63,709 nucleotides of DNA from Octopus bimaculoides. Taxonomy: Eukaryota. Positions 1 to 12,491 of the stretch are shown here, in pieces. Location of the stretch: positions 82,564,717 to 82,628,425 of the forward strand of contig NC_068990.1 in assembly GCF_001194135.2 (NCBI RefSeq), written 5' to 3'. A model generated the notes under the pieces. The model made no database searches. It worked only from the letters and a program-made list of their open reading frames with translations, and was not told where the DNA came from. The stretch's first letter is position 1. Every line of letters begins with the position of its first letter. Both the position numbers and the translations under genes were made by a program.

Positions 1-1187
1 ATATACAAAGATATATATGTACAGACGTACTCACATACATACATACATGCATATATAAATGCACACATATATGCACACACACACATAACGTAACGTAGCA
101 GCTGGATAAGCAGGAAACTTAAGTAGGTTGATGAAAATATAAACTGAAGTTTTTGGTTCGTTTATGTAGGTGAAATTACCTGTGTTTATGTGTGCGTATA
201 TGTTTTTAGTGGGTGCGTGAATGCTCGTGTCTGTATCTATGTATGTGTATGTGCGTGCGTGTCTGTGGTGTTGTTTGCCTGTATAACTCAAAGGTACACA
301 GAACCTTGTTATGGAATATATATATCTCAGTGTGAAGGGTAATTCTGACAGTATTCTCTTCAATAATGAAATCACTCTCTTTCTGACGCAAATATTATTA
401 TTAGTAATACTTAACCCCACTTAAAGAGTTTTACGGCAGTAGAAACCATGAAATAAATTCTCATATAGGCTTTTGGCGTAAAATGCTGTTGTTCTATATA
501 TTGCTGGCGAGGAGACGAGTCGCTGCAATCTGTATGAGTCGTGGCAATCTCAAGCGGCCGAGTGTCCATCATTGATGAGACCAAGGAAGGTCGAAATTTC
601 GTGATCTGATGGTCTCGGTGCTGGAGGTGGCAATGAGTTTTCTTCCCAGCTAGCGATATAAACAAGAGTGCATTTTGCACCAAAAGCCAATATGAGTTTC
701 TCTCTTTGTATTTACCACGGTAAAGTTTGTCCTAACAAGACATCTACGTTTAAATGGGAATAAATTGACCTCTTGGTATTAAAACTCTCTCTATCGCTAA
801 TATATATTTCTTAGAAAGCCGACTGACTAATCACCCCATCACTGCCTGTTCAGGCACTTATTTTCTATATATCACTGGCGAGTATATGAGTCATTGTTGT
901 CTCTAGCAGTCGAACGTCAATCATTGAGGAGACCAAGGAAAGTCGAAATTACGCGATCCGGGGTTGGTGGGGATATATCTCCCCACTAGCAATATAAACA
1001 GATGTGCATTCTGCACCAAAAACAGTTTCTCTCATGGTACTATTGCAGTGATAGTTCTTACAGAACAACCCCGTTTAATTGGGAATAAATAATATCTCTC
1101 GATATTAATATTGCCTCTATCGCTAATATATACAATTTTTAGTGTTTAGCATTAAAAATATAATTCTTTATTTCTTCCCTGTTTTCG

Positions 1188-1191
<4 letters not shown>

Positions 1192-1257
<66 letters not shown>
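1192..1257. repeat. (AAT)n microsatellite
   Basis: Perfect trinucleotide run. Confidence 0.98.
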
Positions 1258-2063
1258 GAAATACAAATACAAATTTACAGGTAAAAACTCAATTAAATTC
1301 AATTTATTAAAAATTAAAATTAAATTAAGTTTCACAGTATAAAATATATAAATATATAGTTTTAGAGAAAAGAACCAAAATCCATGAACTAATCCATGAA
1401 AATCCACAGTCACACATCGAAAAATTAATANNNNNNNNNNNNNNNNNNNNNNNNNNNNNNNNNNNNNNNNNNNNNNNNNNNNNNNNNNNNNNNNNNNNNN
1501 NNNNNNNNNNNNNNNNNNNNNNNNNNNNNNNNNNNNNNNNNNNATAAGTAAAAGCACGAAATATAAGCATAATATTATACAAAGTAAATATCATACGATA
1601 AAGATAATAAAGATTTTACTTATTAATTTTTCTATATGTGACTGTGGATTTTCATGGATTAGTTCATGAACTTTGGTTCTTTTCTCTAAAACTATATATA
1701 TATATATATATATATACACATGCCCTTCCATACATATCTGTCTATCTGTACGTGTTTTGTGCAAAATGCTCGTTTGCTCATATAGCTAGCTGGGAGATAA
1801 ATCGTCGCCACCTCCAACACCGAGACCACCCGATCACGTAATTTCGACATTCCTTGACGCTCAAACGCTAGAGATCGCAGCGACTCACCTGCCCGCCAGC
1901 AATATATAGAAAATCAGCATTTTATGCCCAAAAACCTATATGAGAATTTCTCTCATGGTATCTACTGCAGTAAAACTCTTTAAGTAGTGTTAAATATTAC
2001 TTATAATAATGTTTACATCAGATAGAAAGTGGTTTCATATATGAAATATACTAAGAGAATACT

Positions 2064-2268
2064 TTTCTCTACTCTAGGCACAAGGCCCGTAGTTTTGGGG
2101 GAGAAGGCTAGTCGTTTAGATCGACCCCAGTACGCAACTGATACTTAATTTATCGACACTGAAAGGATGAAGGCAAAGTCGATCTCGGCGGAATTTGAAC
2201 TCAGAACATAAAGACAGACGGAATACCGCTAAGTGTTTCGCCCTGCATACTAACATTTCTACCAGCTC
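2064..2268 (-). mobile_element. tRNA-derived SINE, family B (GGCGGCGAGCTGGCAGAA... head)
   Basis: Minus strand has a B box (GAGTTCAAATTCC) and the central GACTTTGCCTTCATCCTTTC.GTGTCGATAAATTAAGTA domain. Flanked by a 16-bp TSD: ATACTAAGAGAATACT (2048-2063) / ATACTAAGATAATACT (2269-2284). Confidence 0.9.
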
Positions 2269-2703
2269 ATACTAAGATAATACTGTCATAACAGGGTTCG
2301 GTGTACCTTTGAGTTATACAGGCAAACAATAACAACAAGAACAACACACAGACAGATAATACGTACACATGGACAACTTCTCTGCTGTTTTGCGTTTGTG
2401 TTTGTAACATTTTCGTTTCATATTTGCAGCGAACTCTCTTTCCTCACTCAATACTCACGAGAAAGACACATTTTCAATGAATCACTTTGCCACCTACTCT
2501 AACCAACTGCATATTGAATACAGTGAATTCCCTAAGGACGGTCAATTACGATTATTAAAGCTAAAACAACTGATTTGATTACATTTACGTGAGAAAATCG
2601 GACGGTCGAAAGTATTCGTTTGAAGATTTAGCTTCAAACGAATGACTAAATAATCAGTATTTATTTAGTACGCATTTCCTTTTGTTTTTACTCGGTATTT
2701 TCC

Positions 2704-2717
2704 AACACACATACAGA

Positions 2718-2784
<67 letters not shown>
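2704..2784. repeat. (CA)n microsatellite
   Basis: Dinucleotide run. Confidence 0.97.
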
Positions 2785-2790
<6 letters not shown>

Positions 2791-2937
2791 GCGTGCGCGT
2801 GAACATGACTGTGTAGCCGTTCATGCGGATGTAAACATAGATCTAAATATACATGTATAGAGAGATCTATACATATATATGCGTCTATGAATGTATGTAT
2901 ATGTATGTACACACACGCACACATACATACACACACA

Positions 2938-2968
<31 letters not shown>

Positions 2969-2994
2969 CGTTTTAACTTAGGCACAACGATACA

Positions 2995-3170
2995 TTTCTT
3001 TTATTAGCCACACAGGGCTCAACGAAGACGGGACAAATACAATGTAGAGCTTTTCTTTTTGGGAGGGGGAAGGAAAAAAAGGGGGTGTGTGGATCAAAAG
3101 GGATCGTAGGAAGGAAAAAGGGGGGAGTTCGATCTAAAGGGATCGAGAATAAAAAAGAAAAATGCATTTA
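2995..3170 (-). mobile_element. 3' end of a retroposon sharing its tail with SINE family B
   Basis: Reverse complement TGTATTTGTCCCGTCTTCGTTGAGCCCTGTGTGGCTAATAAAAGAAAT aligns by eye with the SINE-B tail at 56540-56585. Confidence 0.5.
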
Positions 3171-3399
3171 GTCTATACGACCGACAACAATACTTGACTG
3201 GAAATAGTGAGGCATGTTAAAGTTAATCTTGGCGGGAATGGAAACCACGATGTAATGAGCATCGCTAGAGAGAGCGATCACACCAGTAGCCACAACATTG
3301 TGTCCTTATCCACTACAGAGTTCATTCGTGTCTGAGATATCAGCATCCAGTCAGGAAGAATTAGAGGGAGAAGGCCAATTGATGGACCGTTATATTCTA

Positions 3400-4290
3400 C
3401 TACCTCAAATTCGCAAATTTCGTTATAGGTTGTTGAGAGAACACGTTGAACCAGAAGTGACTGGAAAAATATACCTTAACAATTGCTACATTTTACCTAA
3501 TGAAATAAGAGAGAAACTGAAAGAATTTTAAATACTATTAATTCAATTTTCAAAACTGTAAAATTCACAATGAAATAGAGCCAAGACCATCTCTCCATTT
3601 CTAGACAGTTATTGAAATGTCTAAAATTCAAATGGAAGTAACCGTACGCTATAAATGCAAAGACACTAAACATTATCTTCTTTTCAATTCGTTCAATCTG
3701 AAAGACATCAGAGTAAGCGCCCCGTATAATTTAGTCAAAAGGATCAGAACAATGGTGCTCGACGAAAACGTGAGCGACGTAGTATTTAAAGAGGTTAAAG
3801 ACACACCCCTGGACCAAAATTACCCTCTGATTTTGATAGTTGATTGAATACAAGTAGTCAAAAAACTTTATATAAAGATACTTAGAGAAACAAAAGAAAG
3901 AAATGTCTCTTCCATATATCTCCATCTACAATGCTAAATACTACTAGACCTACAATGTCATTTTCCAAAATATACCCAAATTAAAAGTGTACGCCAGAAT
4001 AAATGATATCTTACATACACTTACCATTAAATGCTTAAGTACTAATGGAAAATGTTAAAAAAAAGACTGAACTATACACATCTGCGCAGAACAAACAGTA
4101 AAAAGTGTGAACGTTCCAAATGTGCCACGTCTTTAAACTTAAAAGATGGATCAGAGATATCTTTTAAATGAATATAAATTTTTCATAAAAAAAAGGAAAC
4201 TTTACTTCAGCATACGAAAACTTAATTTGTACAAATAGCCCACAGTGAATATATTGATACATTTAGTGATAAGAAAAAGACGTAATTTAC
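3400..4290 (+). mobile_element. Penelope-like retroelement remnant (RT C-terminal half and start of GIY-YIG endonuclease), frameshifted
   Basis: Successive fragments across frames: FANFVIG; KIYLNNCYIL (YxDD position); LNTINSIFKTVKFTM; PFLD; VTVRYKCKDTKHYLLFNSFNLKDIRVSAPYNLVKRIRTMV...NYPLILI; KCERSKCATSLNL. This order matches the Penelope RT-thumb-Cys linker layout. Confidence 0.85.
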
Positions 4291-4385
4291 AATTTTAGCC
4301 CTTGTATCAATATGTCGCCTTCCCATAGAATCAATAAGGAAGTCACATCTATTGCAAAGTGACGACCACTTCTCAATATATATGT

Positions 4386-4645
4386 GGAGGCGCATGGTTT
4401 AGTGGTTAGGGTGTCAGGATCATGATCGCAAGATTGTGGTTTCGATTCCTGGACCAGACAACGCGTTGTGTTCTTGAGCAAAACACTTCATTTCACGTAG
4501 CTCCAGTCCACTCAGCTGTTAAAAATGAGTAACGCTTCGATGGACTGGCGTCCCGTCCAGCTGGGGAACACACATACGCCATTGAAACCGGGAAACCGGG
4601 CCCATGAGCCTGGATAGGCTTTAAACGGGCGCATTTATTTATTTT
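4386..4645 (+). mobile_element. tRNA-derived SINE, family C (CORE-like)
   Basis: A box TGGTTTAGTGG, B box GGTTTCGATTCC, CORE-like TTCTTGAGCAAAACACTT...CTCCAGTCCACTCAGCTG, then GATGGACTGGCGTCCCGTCCAG and a TTTA tail. Confidence 0.85.
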
Positions 4646-5080
4646 TAAGATGTTATATGACATCATTTGGTTTCTATTTGTAAACTTATCGAGTGACCAT
4701 ATGAAATATGCTTCGCTACCTCACCATGTGAAAACGTTTGTAGATGTATCTTGTATATTGTAAATGTTTACCATAGAGAAGGAAAAAGACAAAGACGGAA
4801 AGAGAGTGTCTATGTGTATGTATGTATGTAAATATGTATGTATGTATATGTATATGTATGCATGTGTGTCTGTGTGCGTGTGCGTGTATGTGAAGCATGT
4901 GTCATAGAGTTTAAAGTATTTATTGATAATTCAAAACAAAATAGTTCAGCGGGCCGTTCACTTTGATGTTCATTATCGCTATGGGAATACTGTGAGTAAT
5001 GATGCTGTAAACGCTATCTAATGAGAACGTTCAACTCCTACATAGCTATAACGTTTCGAAGTTGCTTCTGTGTACTTGTG

Positions 5081-5120
<40 letters not shown>

Positions 5121-5188
5121 TGTGTGTGTGTTTGTATGGTCAATGTGCCAATATGCATATGGTTGTGAGGGGGCAAAATTCTATGCGC

Positions 5189-5232
<44 letters not shown>

Positions 5233-5414
5233 ACGTGATTGTATAACGGTGACTCTGTCAGCATAAATGAGTATTNNNNNNNNNNNNNNNNNNNNNNNNN
5301 NNNNNNNNNNNNNNNNNNNNNNNNNNNNNNNNNNNNNNNNNNNNNNNNNNNNNNNNNNNNNNNNNNNNNNNNNNNNNNNNNNNNNNNNNNNNNNNNNNNN
5401 NNNNNNNNNNNNNN

Positions 5415-5486
5415 GATGATGATGATGGTGGTGGTGGTGGTGGTGGTGGTGATGATGATGATGACGATGACACTGATGATGATGAC

Positions 5487-5517
<31 letters not shown>

Positions 5518-5572
5518 GTGAGGAGGAAGAGGAGGAGGAGGAGGTAGAGGAGGAGGCGGTGGTGGTGGTGGT
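5415..5572. repeat. Compound (GAT)n/(GGT)n/(GAG)n trinucleotide repeat
   Basis: Direct reading; abuts an N-gap. Confidence 0.95.
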
Positions 5573-5880
5573 TAGGAATGAACCATTAGGGACTGAAAAA
5601 AAAAACCATGATATAATTCTGTCCTTTATTTTAATGTATTTCGGTGTTTCCTAAAACATTTCCGACCTAGACTTTAGCTTATTCGGGATAATACAATATA
5701 ATTCAATGACATTATCTGCTGCTTAATGGACACAGTCACACGTACGTGTTTTGTTTAGCCCTAGGACAACCTTAATATAGCAAATCTGTATTCAAATAAA
5801 TATCAACTGCATTCAACAACTCCTTTATGGAGTGTGAAGGACTACACTACCTAATACTCCTTTTTCCGTCGTCTTAGATC

Positions 5881-6001
5881 ACTCACAATGCGTTGGTTGG
5901 CCTGAGGCCATAATAGAAGACACTTGCCCAAGGTGCCACGCAGTGGGACTGAACCGGGAAAATTGTGGTTGAGAAGCAAGCTACTTACCACACAGCCACG
6001 C
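5881..6001 (-). mobile_element. tRNA-derived SINE, family A (5' part)
   Basis: Minus strand reads GCGTGGCTGTGTGGTAAGTAGCTTGCTTCTCAACCACAATTTTCCCGGTTCAGTCCCACTGCGTGGCACCTTGGGCAAGTGTCTTCTA (A box, B box, CORE-like segment). Confidence 0.9.
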
Positions 6002-6829
6002 TTAATTGATATATACAAATGTATTTGCTTATTTTACCGTAGAGCAATTAGAATATTGCCATTTTAGTTTTACTATTCACATCTATAAATTGTAAATACA
6101 ACATAATGTAAACAACCAGCGCATCACCCCCGCTATCCTCCGGGGCTGCACCTTTTCCATTTTATCTGTTGGTGCCATGAGAGATGTTGAGCTGTGATGG
6201 ACAAAAGCGGCCTTTACATATATACATATATTGAAATAGCCAATGCGTCCATTCTATTCTAAGACAAATCACCTCTAACTGCTTTTTCTTCCACTCTCAT
6301 TTCGTTTAACCAACAAATTATAAACGCAAATTTCTGAAAATAAAATTTTAAAATCTAATTGAGTAGTTTGGAATTCTCTACTACGCAGTTTGGATTACGA
6401 GTTACAAGCATAGTTGTATCAACGATGAAAAATGGTTTCAACGGTTTTCTCGGTTTTCTTGAACCACAGCGGTATTTTAAATGTTTTAGTTTGCACTGGC
6501 CTAAGCCGTGTATAAACGTTATGGCTTGATGCACATTACATCCACACGGAACTAGCTCTCTTGTTAGAAGCTGTGTCTTTACTGCCATTTACAAACCTAC
6601 GTAATTGCATATTAGATTAACCTCTAGTGCTGAACAATCTTATTAAAAAAAACTACTTCATGCACCACTAAACAAAAAGAAATATACCTTTGTTAGCATC
6701 ATTCAACACAGTAGAACAAATGTTTTAAATTTAAAGATTAATCATGCGTTCTTTAAGACACGCTACTATTTACTTTTAGTTTGAATATTTAATTGCTTTT
6801 TGTGAAATATTAATAACTTACTTGGGGTT

Positions 6830-8830
6830 GTGAATCTCACCATGGACCAAGAAATCTTTAAGTTGGGTTACTAGAGTTCCAATTAGACTTCGTGTTGATT
6901 CCCTGCTTTATTTAGTCCTACGTATTCCACCATCGCTTTAAATTTTGTATTATGTACATAATACTGCAGGTGGCACAAAGAGAAATAAACCACATTGAGA
7001 TTGTTGGCACTGCAAAAGTATTTCTAGGAAATGAGGGAAGATTTTCGATGGGTGGGTGTCATGCTGGTCGCAATAATTATAGAGCATATAGTATATACGA
7101 CAACAAGGTCTTCCTACTGTCAAATGTTTAATTTTTTTTACTTATCTTAAATAAATTTATATGGTTCTGCATAATACAATTATTATATGGTTCTGCATAA
7201 TACAATTATATCTTTCGTATTGCTAGTTCTCTGGTGCGGTCGTATGGTATGTAAAATATGTATGTAGAAATTCCTATATAGGAATTGTATCAACTCAGTA
7301 AACATGAATAAATTTGACTCTGACTGAATAAGCGATGGCAATTCAAAATTAGATAAGCCATATGTTTGGAATTTTCTAAGGGAAGTAATTGTATCATAAC
7401 ATGGAAAGGAATGGAAATCGAGGAAATTCATCGATTAATGTATGTATACATTTAAATCTATTGAGAAGCAAATGGGCACGTAACTTTTATCAGAGGTGGA
7501 TCCTTCAGGTTTAATGTTATTGCATACATGGCAATTTGTGGAAACCTACCGTAATTATTCGATAGAAAACAGAACATTATGTACTCTAACAAATGGTGTG
7601 TCCTTATTCTAGGGTGTACTTGGGAATTATGTAACAATCTAAATCTATAGTTGTCGAAGTAGTTGCACAACGCCAGCCAAATGTATAATTTGTAGTTTCT
7701 GTGTTGTAGGAGTTTATCTTTTATTTCGTTAGTTTTCAAACATTAATCTAAGACACCTTTGATTTGTGTCTAAATTAACATGTTTCCCTTGGAAACGTCT
7801 CCATATTCCTGCATTAGATTCTTTTTCGAAAAAAAAAAAAGATTAGAATTGTTGTTGGCTTATTTTTTCCACAAAAATCATTTAAGAATCTTTAGAAAAA
7901 TGCTACAGGCCAATTGTCTTGGGATATTACTGCAGCAATACTTTCCTTAATAACTTCTGTTTTTATTGTAAAAGTCGAATTAGTATCGACTGCAGCCATA
8001 GCTGTTCATTTCAGATAATTTATAATAGAATCGATATCATTTATAGCGTTCTCAGTTAAAAGAAAATTTCCAGTGTAACAATCTGATTTTCGTATGAGAT
8101 AGTCCATTTATGCATGAAACCAATCTGGATGTAAATCTCCATGTAGAATTAAGAAATTAGTAGGCGTTAGATTACATTTACAATTTTATTTGTCTAGGTT
8201 CAGATTACTAAGGCCATTAGCATTAAAGAAAGTTGGTATCGGCATCCGATTTTGTATAATTATTATGCAATAAAACGAAATGATAATATCCAAATATAAA
8301 TAAGTACCTTTAAGACTATTTTTGTTATATATCAGTCATGATGTGTTGAAACTTAGACACTAAGCCAGTAATGGCCACAGGAATTCGAAACAATTGATAC
8401 GGATTCCTATATGTAGAGAGCCTGTTTAGGGACTTTCTATAAGTATCATATCATCTTGGTTAAAAGCACAACCTATGTGAATTCTATTATACTATTGAAG
8501 TTATGTCATTATCCGGCTCATCGATATGGAAAGTGATTGAAAGCCAAGCTCATTTTACAGATTATTTGTGCAAAGTCTTCTACTAGTTTTTTTTTCTTAT
8601 CAGAAAACCACAAGTTCACAAGGGAAAACTTATTAGTTCTACAATCTTGTCTTAATTATTACTCCTTCCTCTGTTGTACTGCCAATGAATCTGATTATGC
8701 TCACAATAGCAGCTGCTGAGCTGAAAAGTTCACCTGTAGTTCCTGTCGGCAGTTTCTGTAGCAAGCCGATATTTATGAAGACCTAGTACATAGCGCGTTT
8801 TTACAATTACTGAACCTTGCACAAGGTGGT
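6830..8830 (-). mobile_element. Gypsy/Ty3 LTR retrotransposon pol remnant (RT, RNase H, integrase), heavily degenerate
   Basis: Minus-strand fragments in Gypsy order: KKKLVEDFAQII; YQLFRIPVAITGLVSKFQHIM...YLYLDII (RT); SIAAVISQDNWPVAFF (RNase H); LHNSQVHPRIRTHH and LIKVTCPF (integrase zinc-finger region); IDEFPRFPF...FTELIQFL (integrase core). Confidence 0.8.
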
Positions 8831-9018
8831 TCCTTACTTGGATAACAATAATCACGCGAAGATTAGCAGGGAAGAAAGACAGAAATTTTAAAAAATTGGA
8901 GGACAAGAAAGATTAAGAGAAAGATTGAAAGGTAAAAGAAGGGGAGAAAGGTAAACGAGAGAGAAGGAGTATGTGTGAGAGAAAGAGTGAGAAGGAGAGT
9001 GCGTTGACTGTGTATGTG

Positions 9019-9021
<3 letters not shown>

Positions 9022-9072
<51 letters not shown>
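9022..9072. repeat. (GA)n microsatellite
   Basis: Dinucleotide run leading into an N-gap. Confidence 0.97.
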
Positions 9073-9697
9073 NNNNNNNNNNNNNNNNNNNNNNNNNNNN
9101 NNNNNNNNNNNNNNNNNNNNNNNNNNNNNNNNNNNNNNNNNNNNNNNNNNNNNNNNNNNNNNNNNNNNNNNNNNNNNNNNNNNNNNNNNNNNNNNNNNNN
9201 NNNNNNNNNNNNNNNNNNNNNNNNNNNNNNNNNNNNNNNNNNNNNNNNNNNNNNNNNNNNNNNNNNNNNNNNNNNNNNNNNNNNNNNNNNNNNNNNNNNN
9301 NNNNNNNNNNNNNNNNNNNNNNNNNNNNNNNNNNNNNNNNNNNNNNNNNNNNNNNNNNNNNNNNNNNNNNNNNNNNNNNNNNNNNNNNNNNNNNNNNNNN
9401 NNNNNNNNNNNNNNNNNNNNNNNNNNNNNNNNNNNNNNNNNNNNNNNNNNNNNNNNNNNNNNNNNNNNNNNNNNNNNNNNNNNNNNNNNNNNNNNNNNNN
9501 NNNNNNNNNNNNNNNNNNNNNNNNNNNNNNNNNNNNNNNNNNNNNNNNNNNNNNNNNNNNNNNNNNNNNNNNNNNNNNNNNNNNNNNNNNNNNNNNNNNN
9601 NNNNNNNNNNNNNNNNNNNNNNNNNNNNNNNNNNNNNNNNNNNNNNNNNNNNNNNNNNNNNNNNNNNNNNNNNNNNNNNNNNNNNNNNNNNNNNNNN

Positions 9698-9734
<37 letters not shown>

Positions 9735-10589
9735 TATACATATATATGTGTGTATATATATATATATATACATGTATATGTATGTATGTATGTATATATA
9801 TATATATATGTATATGTATGTATATGTATATATATGCATGTGTGTGTAAGTGCGTGTGTGTGTGTATGTGTTTGTATGCGTGTGACGACTGTGTTCTGGC
9901 ATCCTACAAAAAAGTGGCGAGAAGTGTAGTTATCTTAGAAAAGGTTTGTTTTACCATTAATTTGAATGATTTATTTACCTCCCTAACAGTTAACAACATA
10001 TTGAAAAATCAAATAAAATATAGAACTTCCATTTTGTTAGTCCAGAAAACAAATGAGCTTTACGAGAAAATTGCTGTAAATAATAAATAAAGTACCTAAG
10101 ATTAATCGCTTTCAGAAAATAGTTTCAACTATTAGTGATCATCAATTTTACTGTAGACGTAATTCTTGAGCATTTTTTAATCCTTTACTATCTCTTTTTA
10201 TATAACGAAACAGTGTTCTCTAAAGGAATATAACACTGCTAACCGTTTATATTCTTGCGTTAAATTCTGTTTTCTTTACCTTCAATATTACTCTGACATA
10301 TGAACATTCGTTTATGTAATTCGTATATAACGAAATGTTTTTCTTAACTACCATTCCAGTTATCTAGATGCAGGTATGGTAAATATAGTATGATATTAAA
10401 ATATCAACTCCTAATTCAAAATATGAAATCCATTGTGAGCATTGCTTTATATCACCAATCTTAATGCTTCATTCTACAATCATTTCTATTCAGAAAAAAT
10501 ATGTGCTAAGATTTGAAATTTTCAGAAAGTTACCAATGATAGACTGGTCTGCTCCATGCATTGGCGAATGTAACTTTCACCATTTAACG

Positions 10590-10715
10590 ATGTGTGTTTA
10601 AAAAGCTTCCTTCACAATTATATGGTTTCGTGTTCGATCCTATAGTGCGAGATCTTGGGCATCAGTCTTCCACAATAACCTCTATTGACGAAACTTCTGA
10701 GTGAAATTTGCTCCA
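10590..10715 (+). mobile_element. Old diverged copy of SINE family A
   Basis: GTGTGTTTAAAAAGCTTCCTTCACAATTATATGGTTTCGTGTTCGATCC...CTTGGGCATCAGTCTTCC aligns by eye with the family A head. Confidence 0.55.
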
Positions 10716-10932
10716 GTCTACTCAGCGGAAATAATTACCCCTTGAGTATGGTGCTGCGCTTTTCTTCTTCTTCGGCTGATACAACCTGGATATTGTGTTG
10801 AATCAAGGTGAAGCGTGAAAGTGTTTATATTTGTTGCCTGGAATTGTAAAAGCACGTAGAACATTTAAGAGAAGCATCGTACATGTTACCAAGCCATCGA
10901 TGATTCCCACTGACGGAAGTAGTATACGTGTG

Positions 10933-10971
<39 letters not shown>

Positions 10972-12460
10972 AATGCCGATGTAGACGAGGAAAGTTGAAG
11001 TATAAATAGTACCTGTTACCATCGTTAGTATAGAAGCTAACAGAATGAGAAGGCAATGAATGACAGACTTGTGTAAGGAATCCAACTACGGAATACACTT
11101 CGCTGATTACTCGAATTTTTTTCTTAATTATTTGAATCACAGTTCAAATCAAAATGAAGAAGATTGCTGAAATCTAAATATCGTACTGGAATAATTTTAT
11201 ATCATGCTGCAGATTAAGTTCAAAACAGTACTGTAAGCTAAGATGTAACTTGTAAATTCTAAACATCAACCTCTTAGATAGGGTTGTAACTGAGACTGCG
11301 CTACCCCAACCATTTGTGAGTTTGCCATTACCACGTATGCAATACACTAATAGTGATACGACATGGTTTATTGCAACTGTTGTTTTTTTTCATGCTATAC
11401 TACAGATGTTGGTTCTACCAGCTCTTTTCTCACGCTTACCAAATGTTTTCGAAACTAGATCATAGCTTTAGAATGCTGGCAGCTTATCTCCCGTTCAATA
11501 CATGTATTGTTAGTTAATCTATAAGTAGTTAACTTGCTATCCGTCGACAAAGTTTGTATTTAGTCGCCCAGTCTGCTACAGCCAGCAGCTAAATTTCCCA
11601 CAAATCATACCCTCGGCGTTAAAAAATGGGGAGGAGACATTAGACAAAATAGATTTAGGTACAATGTCTGTGCAACAAAACACAAAATGGTTACAGCCTT
11701 GTTGCCCTTGAGTATAGGTCGGCTCTTTCATGATTACATAATTTCCGTCAAGAAAGAAGTGAAACACTGCAAAGCCCCCAAAAAATGACCATTCGATATT
11801 GAAATTTGTTCCATAGTATACCTATTTATACCACATATATTAGCTATACTTTTTATCTAGACTTCGGTATTCAAAGTAAAACGAGTCCTGGACAAAAACA
11901 AAAAAAAGATTAAGAAGAAATATGAGATGACGGTGGAAAGATATTTGGTCAAGGGTCTGCTTCGTCAGGACTGACCTGGAGTCTAACAATCACAAATTAT
12001 AGAAATATATGCATTTTTGTCTTTGTAACGGTTATTTTCTACGATTTCACCATATTTGGTTAATTATCCACACAGCCAAACATTTTCAGGGCAGCTTTAG
12101 TGATAACCTATTTTTATGATGTTTGTAGATTTCATAGGCAACACTTTGAAACGTTGATGTTGACTTAAGAATTATCTTTCTATTTTTGATCATCAATCCT
12201 TAAACTGAGATCATGTTAGGATTGCTAAAGCGCCATTTAACCATGTTCCTCTAGATTTTTATCTTTCTTTCATATTTTCATGTCGAAAAAATAAAAGCAA
12301 GTAAAATGATTATATGTATTCAGCTACACCCTACTCTTAAAAATGTGTTGCTTGTACCTTTAAATAATCATTGATATGGGTTGGTAGGGGCATGGGACAA
12401 TCGGAAGAAATCGCTTGACGTAGACTTGCAATAAAAATTACATTGCTTTTGCTCGTGCGC

Positions 12461-12491
<31 letters not shown>

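Larger units (their letters stand above)
271..2329. mobile_element. Large imperfect inverted-repeat (fold-back/MITE-like) element with an internal tandem unit
   Basis: 271-~715 matches the reverse complement of ~1755-2329 (e.g. TTAAAGAGTTTTAC.GCAGTAGA.ACCATG and TGTTTGCCTGTATAACTCAAAGGTACAC). The inner arms 1353-1430 and 1621-1698 differ at 4 of 78 bp. A second copy of the unit lies at ~850-1130. Confidence 0.75.

Noticed and set aside
411-1993. piggyBac MITE defined by TTAA at both ends
   Set aside because: The inverted homology extends well beyond both TTAA sites, so they cannot confidently be called a TSD; kept only as a note within the fold-back finding.
4386-4455. tRNA gene (and similar heads at 5881, 14375, 20575, 32616, 62128)
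   Set aside because: They have A and B boxes but no complete cloverleaf, and continue into SINE body sequence.
6355-6588. 77-aa Cys/Lys-containing ORF on the minus strand
   Set aside because: No recognisable domain and no convincing splice signals.
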